From a virus (taxonomy: Duplodnaviria > Heunggongvirae > Uroviricota > Caudoviricetes), in IMG/VR virus record IMGVR_UViG_2695420487_000014: DNA of 20,980 bases. One strand, written 5' to 3'. The notes under the pieces were generated by a model. It saw only the letters and a list, made by a program, of their open reading frames with translations. It was not told the DNA's origin and made no database searches. Shown here in pieces: positions 1 to 8,671 of the stretch (position 1 is its first letter; each line of letters begins with the position of its first letter). The position numbers and the translations under genes are program-made.

Positions 1-222
1 TCAGTATCTCGATAAGCGCAGAGAAATGATGCAGTGGTGGGCGGATTGGCTTGATGAAAAAGTGGAGTAATCCGGACCGTACTTCTTTATCCAGGCATAA
101 AGGCTGTGGGTGGTGATATCGAGACGTGTTGCAACGCTGGCAACAGAATAACCGCGATCAACAACCTGTTTGACTGCTTCAGTTTTAAACTCTTCGGGAT
201 AACGCTTACCGCTCATGGGCAC
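1..222 (-). CDS. IS3-family transposase OrfA-like protein (HTH N-terminus), 73-aa ORF whose stop sits at the window edge
   Basis: Translation MPMSGKRYPEEFKTEAVKQVVDRGYSVASVATRLDITTHSLYAWIKKYGPD has the helix-turn-helix N-terminus typical of IS3-family OrfA; GAGAGG Shine-Dalgarno 6-8 nt upstream of the ATG at 222; the last ~20 aa look unconserved and the remainder of the element lies outside the window. Confidence 0.55.
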   Translation of the reverse strand: MPMSGKRYPEEFKTEAVKQVVDRGYSVASVATRLDITTHSLYAWIKKYGPDYSTFSSSQSAHHCIISLRLSRY

Positions 223-270
223 CTCTCTTTAAGCCATCTTAAATGACTCTGAGGTGTCTGTTAAACCCGT
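223..270 (-). mobile_element. Probable left terminal region (inverted repeat) of the IS3-family element carrying the OrfA above
   Basis: On the minus strand the sequence begins TGAATCGCCACGG... (IS3-family ends typically start 5'-TG) and runs directly into the OrfA RBS/ATG; it abuts the point where IS2-like homology starts on the other strand. Confidence 0.35.
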
Positions 271-766
271 GGCGATTCAAAACTGCGTGTTACGTTCGCC
301 CTGGACTGTTGCGATCGTGAAGCCATAGACTGGGCCGCAAGCACGGGAGGTTACGATAAAGCGACAGTGCAGGATGTCATGTTAGGAGCGATAGAAAAAC
401 GCTTTGGCGATAAAGTACCGGAACAGTCCATCCAGTGGCTGACAGATAACGGTTCAGCGTATAGAGCGCATGAAACATGGCAGTTCGCCAGAGAGTTGAA
501 TCTGGAGCCCTGCACAACGGCAATCAGCAGTCCTCAGAGTAATGGAATGGCAGAAAGGTTCGTGAAAACGATGAAGGAAGACTACATCGCGTTCATGCCG
601 AAACCGAATGTAAGAACGGCATTGCATAATCTTGCAGTGGCGATCGAACATTACAATGAAAACCATCCGCACAGTGCGTTGGGTTATCGCTCTCCGCGAG
701 AATATCGACGTCAGCGGGTAACGTTAACTTAAGATACACCCCCTGTCTGGAAATAAGGGGGCAAGA
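271..766 (+). mobile_element. IS2-like (IS3 family, IS2 group) element, 3' remnant: transposase OrfB C-terminal DDE/rve domain plus right terminal inverted repeat
   Basis: Frame of ORF 367..732 extended upstream reads ...[42 protein letters not shown]...[21 protein letters not shown]...[16 protein letters not shown]...[14 protein letters not shown], co-linear with remembered IS2 InsD C-terminus (about 75 percent nt identity by eye); 3' end CTGTCTGGAAATAAGGGGGCAA resembles the IS2 right IR; the N-terminal ~180 codons and the orfA of this element are missing. Confidence 0.7.
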
Positions 767-773
767 ACAATGA

Positions 774-1526
774 TCAGATTCCCTGGTGAGTAAGAATTTT
801 ACTTTCTGAACTGCTCTGAGAGTATTGACTTGGAGAAACACCAAAATAACGTCTAAATACATAAGTAAAGTATGAGACACTGGCATAACCACAGACCTTA
901 GCTACTTTACTAATAGGATAACAACGAGTGCTGAGTAAATATTCAGCCATTTGCATCCTCTCATCAAGTATGATCTTACTGAATGATACCCCCTCTTCTT
1001 TCAATTTCCTCTTTAGTAAACTTTCGCTGAGATATAATCTTGATGATATATCCTTAAGACGCCATGGTGCAGATAAATCCGTATGAATAATCGTTTTAAC
1101 TTTAGCCCCTGTGCTTTTCAAACATTCAAACAGAAATACTCCAAATTGTTTTTCAGAAGAAAATGCAGAGAGACATGTAAAAGCAATAGACTCATCAAAA
1201 ATTTCTATGTATTCAGCACAGTGATTAGCCCAACTAATTAATCCTTTAATTAAACTGAAGTCAGCAAAGTTTATTTTTAAATAAGATGGATATTCCCTAC
1301 AATCAGAAATATCCCTTAAGTTATTAGCTTTCAAATAGCGACTAATAAACTCAGCGCCAAAATCCGCCACTATCACTCTTTCAGGATATGTCAGGAAAAA
1401 ATCTCTAGAGCTAGAGTCGACAAGTACAGATGAACCTCTCTCCAGAAACACACTCTCTTTTCCGAAATAAACATCAAAGGACTCCAAAATCAATATAACT
1501 GAACATGTAGTTGCCATATCATCCAC
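774..1526 (-). CDS. AraC/XylS-family transcriptional regulator (AppY/EnvY-like), low GC
   Basis: 250-aa ORF; C-terminus ...WRLKDISSRLYLSESLLKRKLKEEGVSFSKIILDERMQMAEYLLSTRCYPISKVAKVCGYASVSYFTYVFRRYFGVSPSQY is a canonical AraC double-HTH domain, roughly 50 percent identical to the remembered AppY C-terminus; AT-rich codon usage suggests horizontal acquisition; start could be M1 (1526) or M4 (1517). Confidence 0.8.
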   Translation of the reverse strand: MDDMATTCSVILILESFDVYFGKESVFLERGSSVLVDSSSRDFFLTYPERVIVADFGAEFISRYLKANNLRDISDCREYPSYLKINFADFSLIKGLISWANHCAEYIEIFDESIAFTCLSAFSSEKQFGVFLFECLKSTGAKVKTIIHTDLSAPWRLKDISSRLYLSESLLKRKLKEEGVSFSKIILDERMQMAEYLLSTRCYPISKVAKVCGYASVSYFTYVFRRYFGVSPSQYSQSSSESKILTHQGI

Positions 1527-2101
1527 CCAACTTAACTGAAACCAGGATGAAGTATATGCATATAAAGTTCACTTTGCCAAACTTCAATATAAAAAACCAC
1601 ATAAAAAATAGGGTGTGATAAAAAATACCGTAACAATAAAGCAAAGGATTATAAATTCCGTTACAGTTACAAATGATACTCAAGAAACAATTCCTTAGGA
1701 AAAACTTATTTACAGCCAATAAGTAAGACACTTATATGATATCAAGTTTTCATAAAACATAACTAGGCTAAATAGCTGCGCCTAATACCGCTACACTTTT
1801 GCCAGCCCATGTTTGCCTCCGGGTATTGACCCCTTCTCTACGCAACTTCAGTTCCCACCACCAACTTTGCGGCAGCTTTGTAGGATCAATGTCTAAAAGA
1901 ATAATGGTGACCGATAAGAAAACGACTGAATAACTGCAAATTTTCGCTCAAAACCTTCCTGTCAGATCCATAGCGAATCAAGTGCTGAATGTCACAGTAT
2001 CGAACAGAAAACAGTGACGATCTAACCCTTCAAGAATATTCTACGATTGTTCTGTTTAGGAAAAGCAAGGCGGGAAGTCGGGAGATAAGTCATTGATAAA
2101 G

Positions 2102-2163
2102 TGGCGGAGAGAGGGGGATTTGAACCCCCGGTAGAGTTGCCCCTACTCCGGTTTTCGAGACCG
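2102..2163 (-). tRNA. Partial tRNA-Ser gene (3' ~62 nt, serU-type, from anticodon stem through CCA): att-site remnant, not a functional tRNA
   Basis: Minus-strand sequence CGGTCTCGAAAACCGGAGTAGGGGCAACTCTACCGGGGGTTCAAATCCCCCTCTCTCCGCCA matches the 3' two-thirds of E. coli tRNA-Ser(CGA) from memory; the 5' acceptor/D-arm portion is absent (upstream sequence is unrelated). Confidence 0.7.
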
Positions 2164-2906
2164 ATGATACAGAGTCGAAAAATCAAAGAGTTAAAAATTT
2201 TTCTTGGAATAAATGTCTTTAAATCGTACACGAAAAATCAATGAATTACATAACATTAAAGAAGAATATTCCAAGCCTTCTTGAGGCTACCACCTGTTTT
2301 CAGGTGTCATTCAGACGTGATTTGCCCCAGATTGGGAAAGCACGCTTTTTTCTCAGCTATCGTCCTCTTATTTTGCCGTTACATTTCTTTTTGCACTCTA
2401 ATGATTAATTTACAATAATAATATCGGTAATTATTGAGTAATAATAAATTGATTATTGCAAATGTAATTTAATTCCATCTTAGCGTTATATTCCAATCTT
2501 TAATCTCCGCATGGAACAAGTTGCATGCGTGACTATATTAAGACAACTTATAACCACCAAAACATTTGCTTTGCAAGCAAAAACAGTGACCATTGACTCT
2601 AAGAAAATTCCGATCTATTGTTAGGGTCATCAAAGTTACTTAACAGTATTCCGAAATGAAAATACAAAGCAAGCTAATTGTCTTATTAAACATTATTATT
2701 GCATTTATATTATTTGAGCTTTTAGCTCAAAAATTTGGTTTGAGTACATTATTTTAAAGCAAGGTAAACAATATCGGGCACTCTAGTTTTTATAATTAAC
2801 AATTAAACGTCCATAAAATGTTATTTACTTTTCTTCGCTATTGTCACATCTTAATATAGTGGCTTACGCCACTCTACTTTCATCACATTTTGTACGTTTA
2901 TGTACT

Positions 2907-2941
2907 CGCCATGAAGCTCTTTCATGGCGATTTTTATTCTT
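2907..2941 (+). terminator. Strong rho-independent terminator hairpin (9-bp perfect stem CGCCATGAA/TTCATGGCG, 5-nt loop, then ATTTTTATTCTT)
   Basis: Perfect inverted repeat followed by a T-run on the plus strand only; lies in an ORF-free AT-rich region. Confidence 0.5.
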
Positions 2942-3021
2942 AATCCAAGAACATACTCCCTATCTATAGCAAAATCACTTTTTGAACAAAAGAATAACGT
3001 ATTTAGGTAATCATTACGAAT

Positions 3022-3603
3022 TTACCCTATAGGTGCTACTGGCCATTCAATATCCTGTGCAGTTGACGTATCAACACGGTTCAGCAATACCCGATACTTT
3101 TTCCAGGCTTCCAGCAACAAGGTTTCTTCCTCCGTTGCGATTTCCAGATCCACAGCATCCTGAAGCGGCGCTATATGCTCACTGGCTACCTGCATCAGGC
3201 TGTTTTTTGTTTCTTCCACCTCCCGGATCCGGAACAGTTTTTCTGCTTCCGTATCCTTCACCCAGGCTGTGCCGTTCCACTTCTGAAACTCCCCTTCCGG
3301 GGATAACCAGGTAACATTTTCCGGTAATGAGCCGAGTTCAGAAATAAATAACGCGTCCCCTGATGCCACGTCATAAACTGTTTTACCCCGATGGTCTTCA
3401 ACAAGATGCCACGATGACTCATCACTGTTGAAAACAGCCACGAAGCCAGCCGGAATATCTGGCGGTGCAATATCGGTACTGTTTGCTGGCAGACCTGTAT
3501 GAGGCGGAATATATGCATCACCTTCACCAATAAATTCATTAGTTCCGGCCAGCAGATTATAAATTTTTATGGTCCGTGGTTGTTCACTCATTCTGAATGC
3601 CAT
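3022..3603 (-). CDS. tfa: Tail fiber assembly protein (Tfa, lambda Tfa / P2 gpG family)
   Basis: 193-aa [43 protein letters not shown]...; start ATG overlaps the stf stop (TAATG) as in lambda stf-tfa. Confidence 0.9.
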   Translation of the reverse strand: MAFRMSEQPRTIKIYNLLAGTNEFIGEGDAYIPPHTGLPANSTDIAPPDIPAGFVAVFNSDESSWHLVEDHRGKTVYDVASGDALFISELGSLPENVTWLSPEGEFQKWNGTAWVKDTEAEKLFRIREVEETKNSLMQVASEHIAPLQDAVDLEIATEEETLLLEAWKKYRVLLNRVDTSTAQDIEWPVAPIG

Positions 3604-4874
3604 TATGCAAGCCTCACAATATAGTTAAATGCGATGTTTTTGACGGTGTTTTCCGCGTTACCAGCAGCGTTAACGGTGATGGTGTGTCCGTGTGAGCCAA
3701 TCGCAACGGAGTGCGTATGAGCACCAATACCGACAGTATGTGCATGTGCGCCTGCGCTTGCAGCAGTGCCGGACAGCGAGTGGGTATGAGCACCATCTGA
3801 TGATGTCTTCCCTGCATTACGAGTCTGGCCACTACCGCTTGTTGTGCTCATAATCCCCGCGCTTAGATTTGAAATCGCGGTATAACCATTAGGGAAAATG
3901 CTCGTGTTCGTGCCACCAAATGCACCGGAACTCTTGTGTTGGTGCGCACCGGCACTATTTGCAGTCCCGCTAATACTATGGGTATGCGCCCCGGTGTTAT
4001 TCGTGGATTTGGTTCCGTAATCAAACGACGATGTGTTTTTCGTCCCCAAATCCGTACTGGATGCGCTGGCGCTGTGGGTGTGCGATTTAATGCCGTCCTG
4101 TTCCTGAGACAATACGGCACGACCACTGGCGGGTTTGCCCTTAATCGTCCAGCCACGCATATCAGGGATCACGGCTGACGGATAAGCGGCTGCAAGTTTC
4201 GGGTATGCAGATTTGTCAAAAGTCTGCCCCTGCATCAGGGCATAGCCAGACGGAACGGTATCTGATGGCCACGGGATTGGTGCGCCAGGCGGATAAAACT
4301 GCTCTGATGGCGTATAGAGTGAATAAACTGTACCGTCCGTTAACCCTTCCGGCTTATTAGCAGAATATGCTGGTGACGTATGAATCGTCACGCTGGCATT
4401 ACTGGTATAATCCCATTGAATATTTACACCAGTCGCATAATTTCCGATTGCAACGTAAATATCGTAAGTATCACCAGATGTATTGACCCAGGCAAAATTT
4501 GTAAACCCTGTCGATGTGCGCTGCCATAAAGCACCAGTAATCCCCTTCGGATTACCATTACCTGCACGCAAAACAAGTTCAGATATACCTGCCTGTTGAG
4601 GTGACCCCACGTTAAATCCCGCGCCACCAATCAACGTAATTGAAACAACAGAACTCGCCTGTGGCATGGTTACCGTTGCTAATTTGAACCAACCAGCACC
4701 ACCGCTGAATGACATTGTTGTTGAGTTAAGCGTACCAATATCTTTCGGCGTCAGTGTTATATCCGCTGAAAGCGCCTTACCATTCACCTTACGGGCAGAA
4801 GGTAGCCAGCTCATACGCGGCCTTAACGGCTTTTGGCGTTGCCGCCAGTGACTCGGAAGTGCTGTTAGTCGCAC
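3603..4874 (-). CDS. stf: Side tail fiber protein, C-terminal receptor-binding part (P2 gpH-like tip with HxH repeats); out of frame with the upstream stf segment
   Basis: ...[75 protein letters not shown]...GAHTHS...[49 protein letters not shown] is co-linear with the remembered P2 H C-terminus; frame differs from ORF 4789..6105. Confidence 0.85.
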   Translation of the reverse strand: MRLTALPSHWRQRQKPLRPRMSWLPSARKVNGKALSADITLTPKDIGTLNSTTMSFSGGAGWFKLATVTMPQASSVVSITLIGGAGFNVGSPQQAGISELVLRAGNGNPKGITGALWQRTSTGFTNFAWVNTSGDTYDIYVAIGNYATGVNIQWDYTSNASVTIHTSPAYSANKPEGLTDGTVYSLYTPSEQFYPPGAPIPWPSDTVPSGYALMQGQTFDKSAYPKLAAAYPSAVIPDMRGWTIKGKPASGRAVLSQEQDGIKSHTHSASASSTDLGTKNTSSFDYGTKSTNNTGAHTHSISGTANSAGAHQHKSSGAFGGTNTSIFPNGYTAISNLSAGIMSTTSGSGQTRNAGKTSSDGAHTHSLSGTAASAGAHAHTVGIGAHTHSVAIGSHGHTITVNAAGNAENTVKNIAFNYIVRLA

Positions 4875-6046
4875 TGCTGAGCTGTACTATCCCCTTTTTC
4901 GTCGTGCTCGCATCCTCAAGCGCCACGGCGGATGCAATATCCTCTGCCCGTTTTGCTGCTGTCTCGGCGCGCGTTGCCGCGGATTCCGCCGTACTTTTGC
5001 TCTGAGCTGCCGCCGTCGCACTGCCAGCTGCCTCTGTCGCCTTCGTGGATGCCGTCGTGGCGCTGCCCTTCGCTGCTGACGCCTGTCTGGTCGTCTCATC
5101 TTTTGAAGCAGACGCCGATGATGCCGATGACGCCGCCGAACTGGCTGACGATGCGGCAGCCGTTTTTGAGGATTCTGCGCTGGTTTCCGACGCTTTCGCG
5201 TTCGTTTCGGATGTCTTCGCTGCGGAAGCTGACCTCGCTGCTGCCGTGGCCTGTTCAGTGGCTTCGCCAGCCTTCGTTGTGGCTGTTGAAGCGGATGATG
5301 CGGCGCTTTCTGCCGACTTTCCGGCAGCGGTGGCACTGGCTGAGGCCTGCCCGGCATTTGTTGACGCGGCGCTGGCAGATGAGGCAGCCGCTGTTTTTGA
5401 GTCTGCTGCTGCGGAGGCACTCTGTGCTGCTGCCGTCTCAGAAGACTTAGCGTTCGTCTCGGACGTTTTTGCCGCCTTCGCGGAATTTCCTGCCGCTGTT
5501 GCCGAGGAGGCTGCACTACTGGCGCTCGAGGCTGCGCTCGTTTCTGATGATTTTGCCGCCTCTTTTGAGGCCGCCGCATCCCGGGCTGAGGTGGCAGCTT
5601 CTGACGCCTTCGTGGTCGCGGCGGATGCAGAAGTGGCTGCTGATTGTTGTGACGCTGCCGCATTCGTTTCTGACGTTTTCGCCGCAGCGGCACTGGTAGC
5701 TGCCGCGCTTTTTGAGGACTCTGCAGCAGCAGCACTTTTCGATGCTTCACTGGCCTTTGTTGATGCCGTTCCTGCGCTGGAAGATGCTGACTGAGCAGAT
5801 GATGCAGCCTGTCCGGCTGACGTGCTGGCGGCACGAGCTGAGCCTGCAGCATCGGTTGTATGAGTTGCCGCCTCACTGGCAGATGTGCTGGCATCACTGG
5901 CTGACTTCTTCGCGGCTGCCGTGTTCTGTGCCACTGCGGACGCGTTACGCGCCACCTCTTCCACCATCAGTTCAAAACGGCGCAGAGCCTCCGGACGGGC
6001 ATCATCCTCCGTCATGGCACCGAGAAAATCATTCAGCGTACCGGGT
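4789..6046 (-). pseudogene. stf: Side tail fiber protein, central Ala/Ser-rich shaft segment (lambda Stf-like), 5'-truncated at a deletion junction and 3'-frameshifted
   Basis: ...[40 protein letters not shown]...AKTSETNAAASQQSAATSA...[29 protein letters not shown] matches lambda Stf from about residue 95 onward; the first ~20 codons of the called ORF ([20 protein letters not shown]) are Nu1 DNA read out of frame. Confidence 0.8.
4890..5900 (-). repeat. GC-rich low-complexity coding repeat (Ala/Ser/Thr-rich stf shaft; reiterated AKTSETNA / SSASSA motifs)
   Basis: Reiterated GCn/TCn-rich codon blocks visible in the sequence; generates long spurious ORFs in five other frames. Confidence 0.6.
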
Positions 6047-6406
6047 CCGCGACAACACGAAAGTACAGAATGCGGTTTCCACCACTTCAGCGGAGTCTCT
6101 GGCATTCTTCAGTTCCTGTGCGTCGGCCTGCGCACGCGTAAGTCGATGGCGTTCGTACTCAATAGTCCCTGGCTGGAGATCTGCCTCGCTGGCCTGCCGC
6201 AGTTCTTCAACCTCCCGGCGCAGCTTTTCGTTCTCAATTTCAGCATCCCTTTCGGCATACCATTTTATGACGGCGGCAGAGTCATAAAGCACCTCATTAC
6301 CCTTGCCACCGCCTCGCAGAACGGGCATTCCCTGTTCCTGCCAGTTCTGAATGGTACGGATACTCGCACCGAAAATGTCAGCCAGCTGCTTTTTGTTGAC
6401 TTCCAT
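6047..6406 (-). pseudogene. nu1: Terminase small subunit Nu1, N-terminal 120 codons (winged-helix cosB-binding domain), fused out of frame to stf by deletion
   Basis: [120 protein letters not shown] matches remembered lambda Nu1 residues 1-120, then diverges (TRYAE stop). Confidence 0.85.
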
Positions 6407-6409
6407 TGT

Positions 6410-6600
6410 TCATTCCACGGACAAAAACAGAGAAAGGAAACGACAGAGGCCAAAAAGCTCGCTTTCAGCACCTGTCGCTTCCTTTCTTTTCAGAGGGTAT
6501 TTTAAATAAAAACATTAAGTTATGACGAAGAAGAACGGAAACGCCTTAAACCGGAAAATTTTCATAAATAGCGAAAACCCGCGAGGTCGCCGCCCCGTAA
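6410..6600 (-). other. cos: cos site: cosN 12-nt cohesive-end sequence (GGGCGGCGACCT on the minus strand at 6584..6595) and cosB between cosN and the nu1 start
   Basis: Minus strand reads ...GATCCGACAGGTTACG GGGCGGCGACCT CGCGGGTTTTCGCTATTTATGAAAATTTTCCGG..., matching lambda right end / cohesive end / left end from memory. Confidence 0.75.
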
Positions 6601-6794
6601 CCTGTCGGATCGCCGGAAAGGACCCGCAAAATGATAATAATTATCATCTACATGTCACAACGTGCATCTACGCCATCAAACCACGTCAAATAATCAATTA
6701 TGACGCAGGTATCGTATTAATTGATCTGCATCAACTTAACGTAAAAACAACTTCAGACAATACAAATCAGCGACACTGAATACGGGGCAACCTC

Positions 6795-6989
6795 ATGTCT
6801 ACGAAGAACAGAACCCGCAGAACAACAACCCGCAACATCCGCTTTCCTAACCAAATGATTGAACAAATTAACATCGCTCTTGAGCAAAAAGGGTCCGGGA
6901 ATTTCTCAGCCTGGGTCATTGAAGCCTGCCGTCGGAGACTAACGTCAGAAAAGAGAGCATATACATCAATTAAAAGTGATGAAGAATGA
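6795..6989 (+). CDS. ylcI: Small prophage protein, YlcI-like (DUF3950), 64 aa
   Basis: MSTKNRTRRTTTRNIRFPNQMIEQINIALEQKGSGNFSAWVIEACRRRLTSEKRAYTSIKSDEE; position between cos and bor as in DLP12. Confidence 0.6.
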   Translation: MSTKNRTRRTTTRNIRFPNQMIEQINIALEQKGSGNFSAWVIEACRRRLTSEKRAYTSIKSDEE

Positions 6990-7153
6990 ACATCCCGCGT
7001 TCTTCCCTCCGAACAGGACGATATTGTAAATTCACTTAATTACGAGGGCATTGCAGTAATTGAGTTGCAGTTTTACCACTTTCCTGACAGTGACAGACTG
7101 CGTGTTGGCTCTGTCACAGGCTAAATAGTTTGAATGATTAGCAGTTATGGTGA

Positions 7154-7360
7154 TCAGTCAACCACCAGGGAATAATCCTTCATATTATTATCGTGCTTCA
7201 CCAACGCTGCCTCAATTGCTCTGAATGCTTCCAGAGACACCTTATGTTCTATACATGCAATTACAACATCAGGGTAACTCATAGAAATGGTGCTATTAAG
7301 CATATTTTTTACACGAATCAGATCCACGGAGGGATCATCAGCAGATTGTTCTTTATTCAT
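7154..7360 (-). CDS. ybcW: Small prophage protein, YbcW-like, 68 aa
   Basis: [68 protein letters not shown]; GGAG Shine-Dalgarno upstream of the ATG at 7360. Confidence 0.55.
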
Positions 7361-7645
7361 TTTGTCGCTCCATGCGCTTGCTCTTCATCTAGCGGTTAAA
7401 ATATTACTTCAAATCTTTCTGTATGAAGATTTGAGCACGTTGGCCTTACATACATCTGTCGGTTGTATTTCCCTCCAGAATGCCAGCAGGACCGCACTTT
7501 GTTACGCAACCAATACTATTAAGTGAAAACATTCCTAATATTTGACATAAATCATCAACAAAACACAAAGAGGTCAGACCAGATTGAAACGATAAAAACG
7601 ATAATGCAAACTACGCGCCCTCGTATCACATGGAAGGTTTTACCA

Positions 7646-8056
7646 ATGGCTCAGGTTGCCATTTTTAAAGAAATATTCGATCAAGTGCGAAAAGATTTAA
7701 ACTGTGAATTGTTTTATTCTGAACTAAAACGTCACAACGTCTCACATTATATTTACTATCTAGCCACAGATAATATTCACATCGTGTTAGAAAACGATAA
7801 CACCGTGTTAATAAAAGGACTTAAAAAGGTTGTAAATGTTAAATTCTCAAGAAACACGCATCTTATAGAAACGTCCTATGATAGGTTGAAATCAAGAGAA
7901 ATCACATTTCAGCAATACAGGGAAAATCTTGCTAAAGCAGGAGTTTTCCGATGGGTTACAAATATCCATGAACATAAAAGATATTACTATACCTTTGATA
8001 ATTCATTACTATTTACTGAGAGCATTCAGAACACTACACAAATCTTTCCACGCTAA
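7646..8056 (+). CDS. ybcV: YbcV-like protein (DUF1398), 136 aa from the ATG with the best RBS (ORF is open from 7523)
   Basis: [50 protein letters not shown]...; GGAAGG Shine-Dalgarno ~10 nt upstream of the ATG at 7646; the upstream in-frame GTG/ATG starts lack an RBS. Confidence 0.6.
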   Translation: MAQVAIFKEIFDQVRKDLNCELFYSELKRHNVSHYIYYLATDNIHIVLENDNTVLIKGLKKVVNVKFSRNTHLIETSYDRLKSREITFQQYRENLAKAGVFRWVTNIHEHKRYYYTFDNSLLFTESIQNTTQIFPR

Positions 8057-8346
8057 ATCATAACGTCCGGTTTCTTCCGTGTCAGCACCGGGGCGTTGGC
8101 ATAATGCAATACGTGTACGCGCTAAACCCTGTGTGCATCGTTTTTAATTATTCCCGGACACTCCCGCAGAGAAGTTCCCCGTCAGGGCTGTGGACATAGT
8201 TAATCCGGGAATACAATGACGATTCATCGCACCTGACATACATTAATAAATATTAACAATATGAAATTTCAACTCATTGTTTAGGGTTTGTTTAATTTTC
8301 TACACATACGATTCTGCGAACTTCAAAAAGCATCGGGAATAACACC

Positions 8347-8640
8347 ATGAAAAAAATGCTACTCGCTACTGCGCTGGCCCTGCTTATTACAGGATGTGCT
8401 CAACAGACGTTTACTGTTCAAAACAAACCGGCAGCAGTAGCACCAAAGGAAACCATCACCCATCATTTCTTCGTTTCTGGAATTGGGCAGAAGAAAACTG
8501 TCGATGCAGCCAAAATTTGTGGCGGCGCAGAAAATGTTGTTAAAACAGAAACCCAGCAAACATTCGTAAATGGATTGCTCGGTTTTATTACTTTAGGCAT
8601 TTATACTCCGCTGGAAGCGCGTGTGTATTGCTCACAATAA
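8347..8640 (+). CDS. bor: Bor lipoprotein (serum-resistance-associated outer membrane lipoprotein), 97 aa
   Basis: MKKMLLATALALLITGCAQQTFTVQNKPAAVAPKETITHHFFVSGIGQKKTVDAAKICGGAENVVKTETQQTFVNGLLGFITLGIYTPLEARVYCSQ matches lambda Bor; lipobox LITGC; oriented opposite to the lysis genes as in lambda. Confidence 0.9.
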   Translation: MKKMLLATALALLITGCAQQTFTVQNKPAAVAPKETITHHFFVSGIGQKKTVDAAKICGGAENVVKTETQQTFVNGLLGFITLGIYTPLEARVYCSQ

Positions 8641-8671
8641 TTGCATGAGTTGCCCATCGATATGGGCAACT

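Noticed and set aside
2102-2200. Possibility of a complete tRNA-Ser gene
   Set aside because: Only the 3' ~62 nt match; the sequence where the acceptor stem 5' strand and D-arm should be (2164..2200, minus strand) is unrelated, so this is a fragment, not a gene.
1519-2231. ORFs 1519..1731 (-) and 2022..2231 (-)
   Set aside because: The first is an AT-rich low-complexity run-on upstream of the AraC gene; the second overlaps the tRNA-Ser fragment and is composed largely of its sequence.
3033-3539. ORFs 3033..3314 (+) and 3258..3539 (-) within tfa
   Set aside because: They overlap the tail fiber assembly gene, which has clear homology and a coupled start.
4887-6505. Long ORFs in several frames on both strands across the stf shaft and nu1 (4887..5897 -, 4932..5450 +, 5045..5794 +, 5469..5699 +, 5712..6287 +, 5885..6505 +), some extremely Arg/Pro/Gln- or Ala-rich
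   Set aside because: They overlap the stf and nu1 reading frames that have clear homology; the GC-rich repetitive Ala/Ser codon blocks lack stop codons in other frames, which creates these artefacts.
6522-6779. 85-aa plus-strand ORF overlapping the cos region
   Set aside because: It lies across cosN/cosQ sequence that is conserved as DNA, has no RBS and no protein-like composition.
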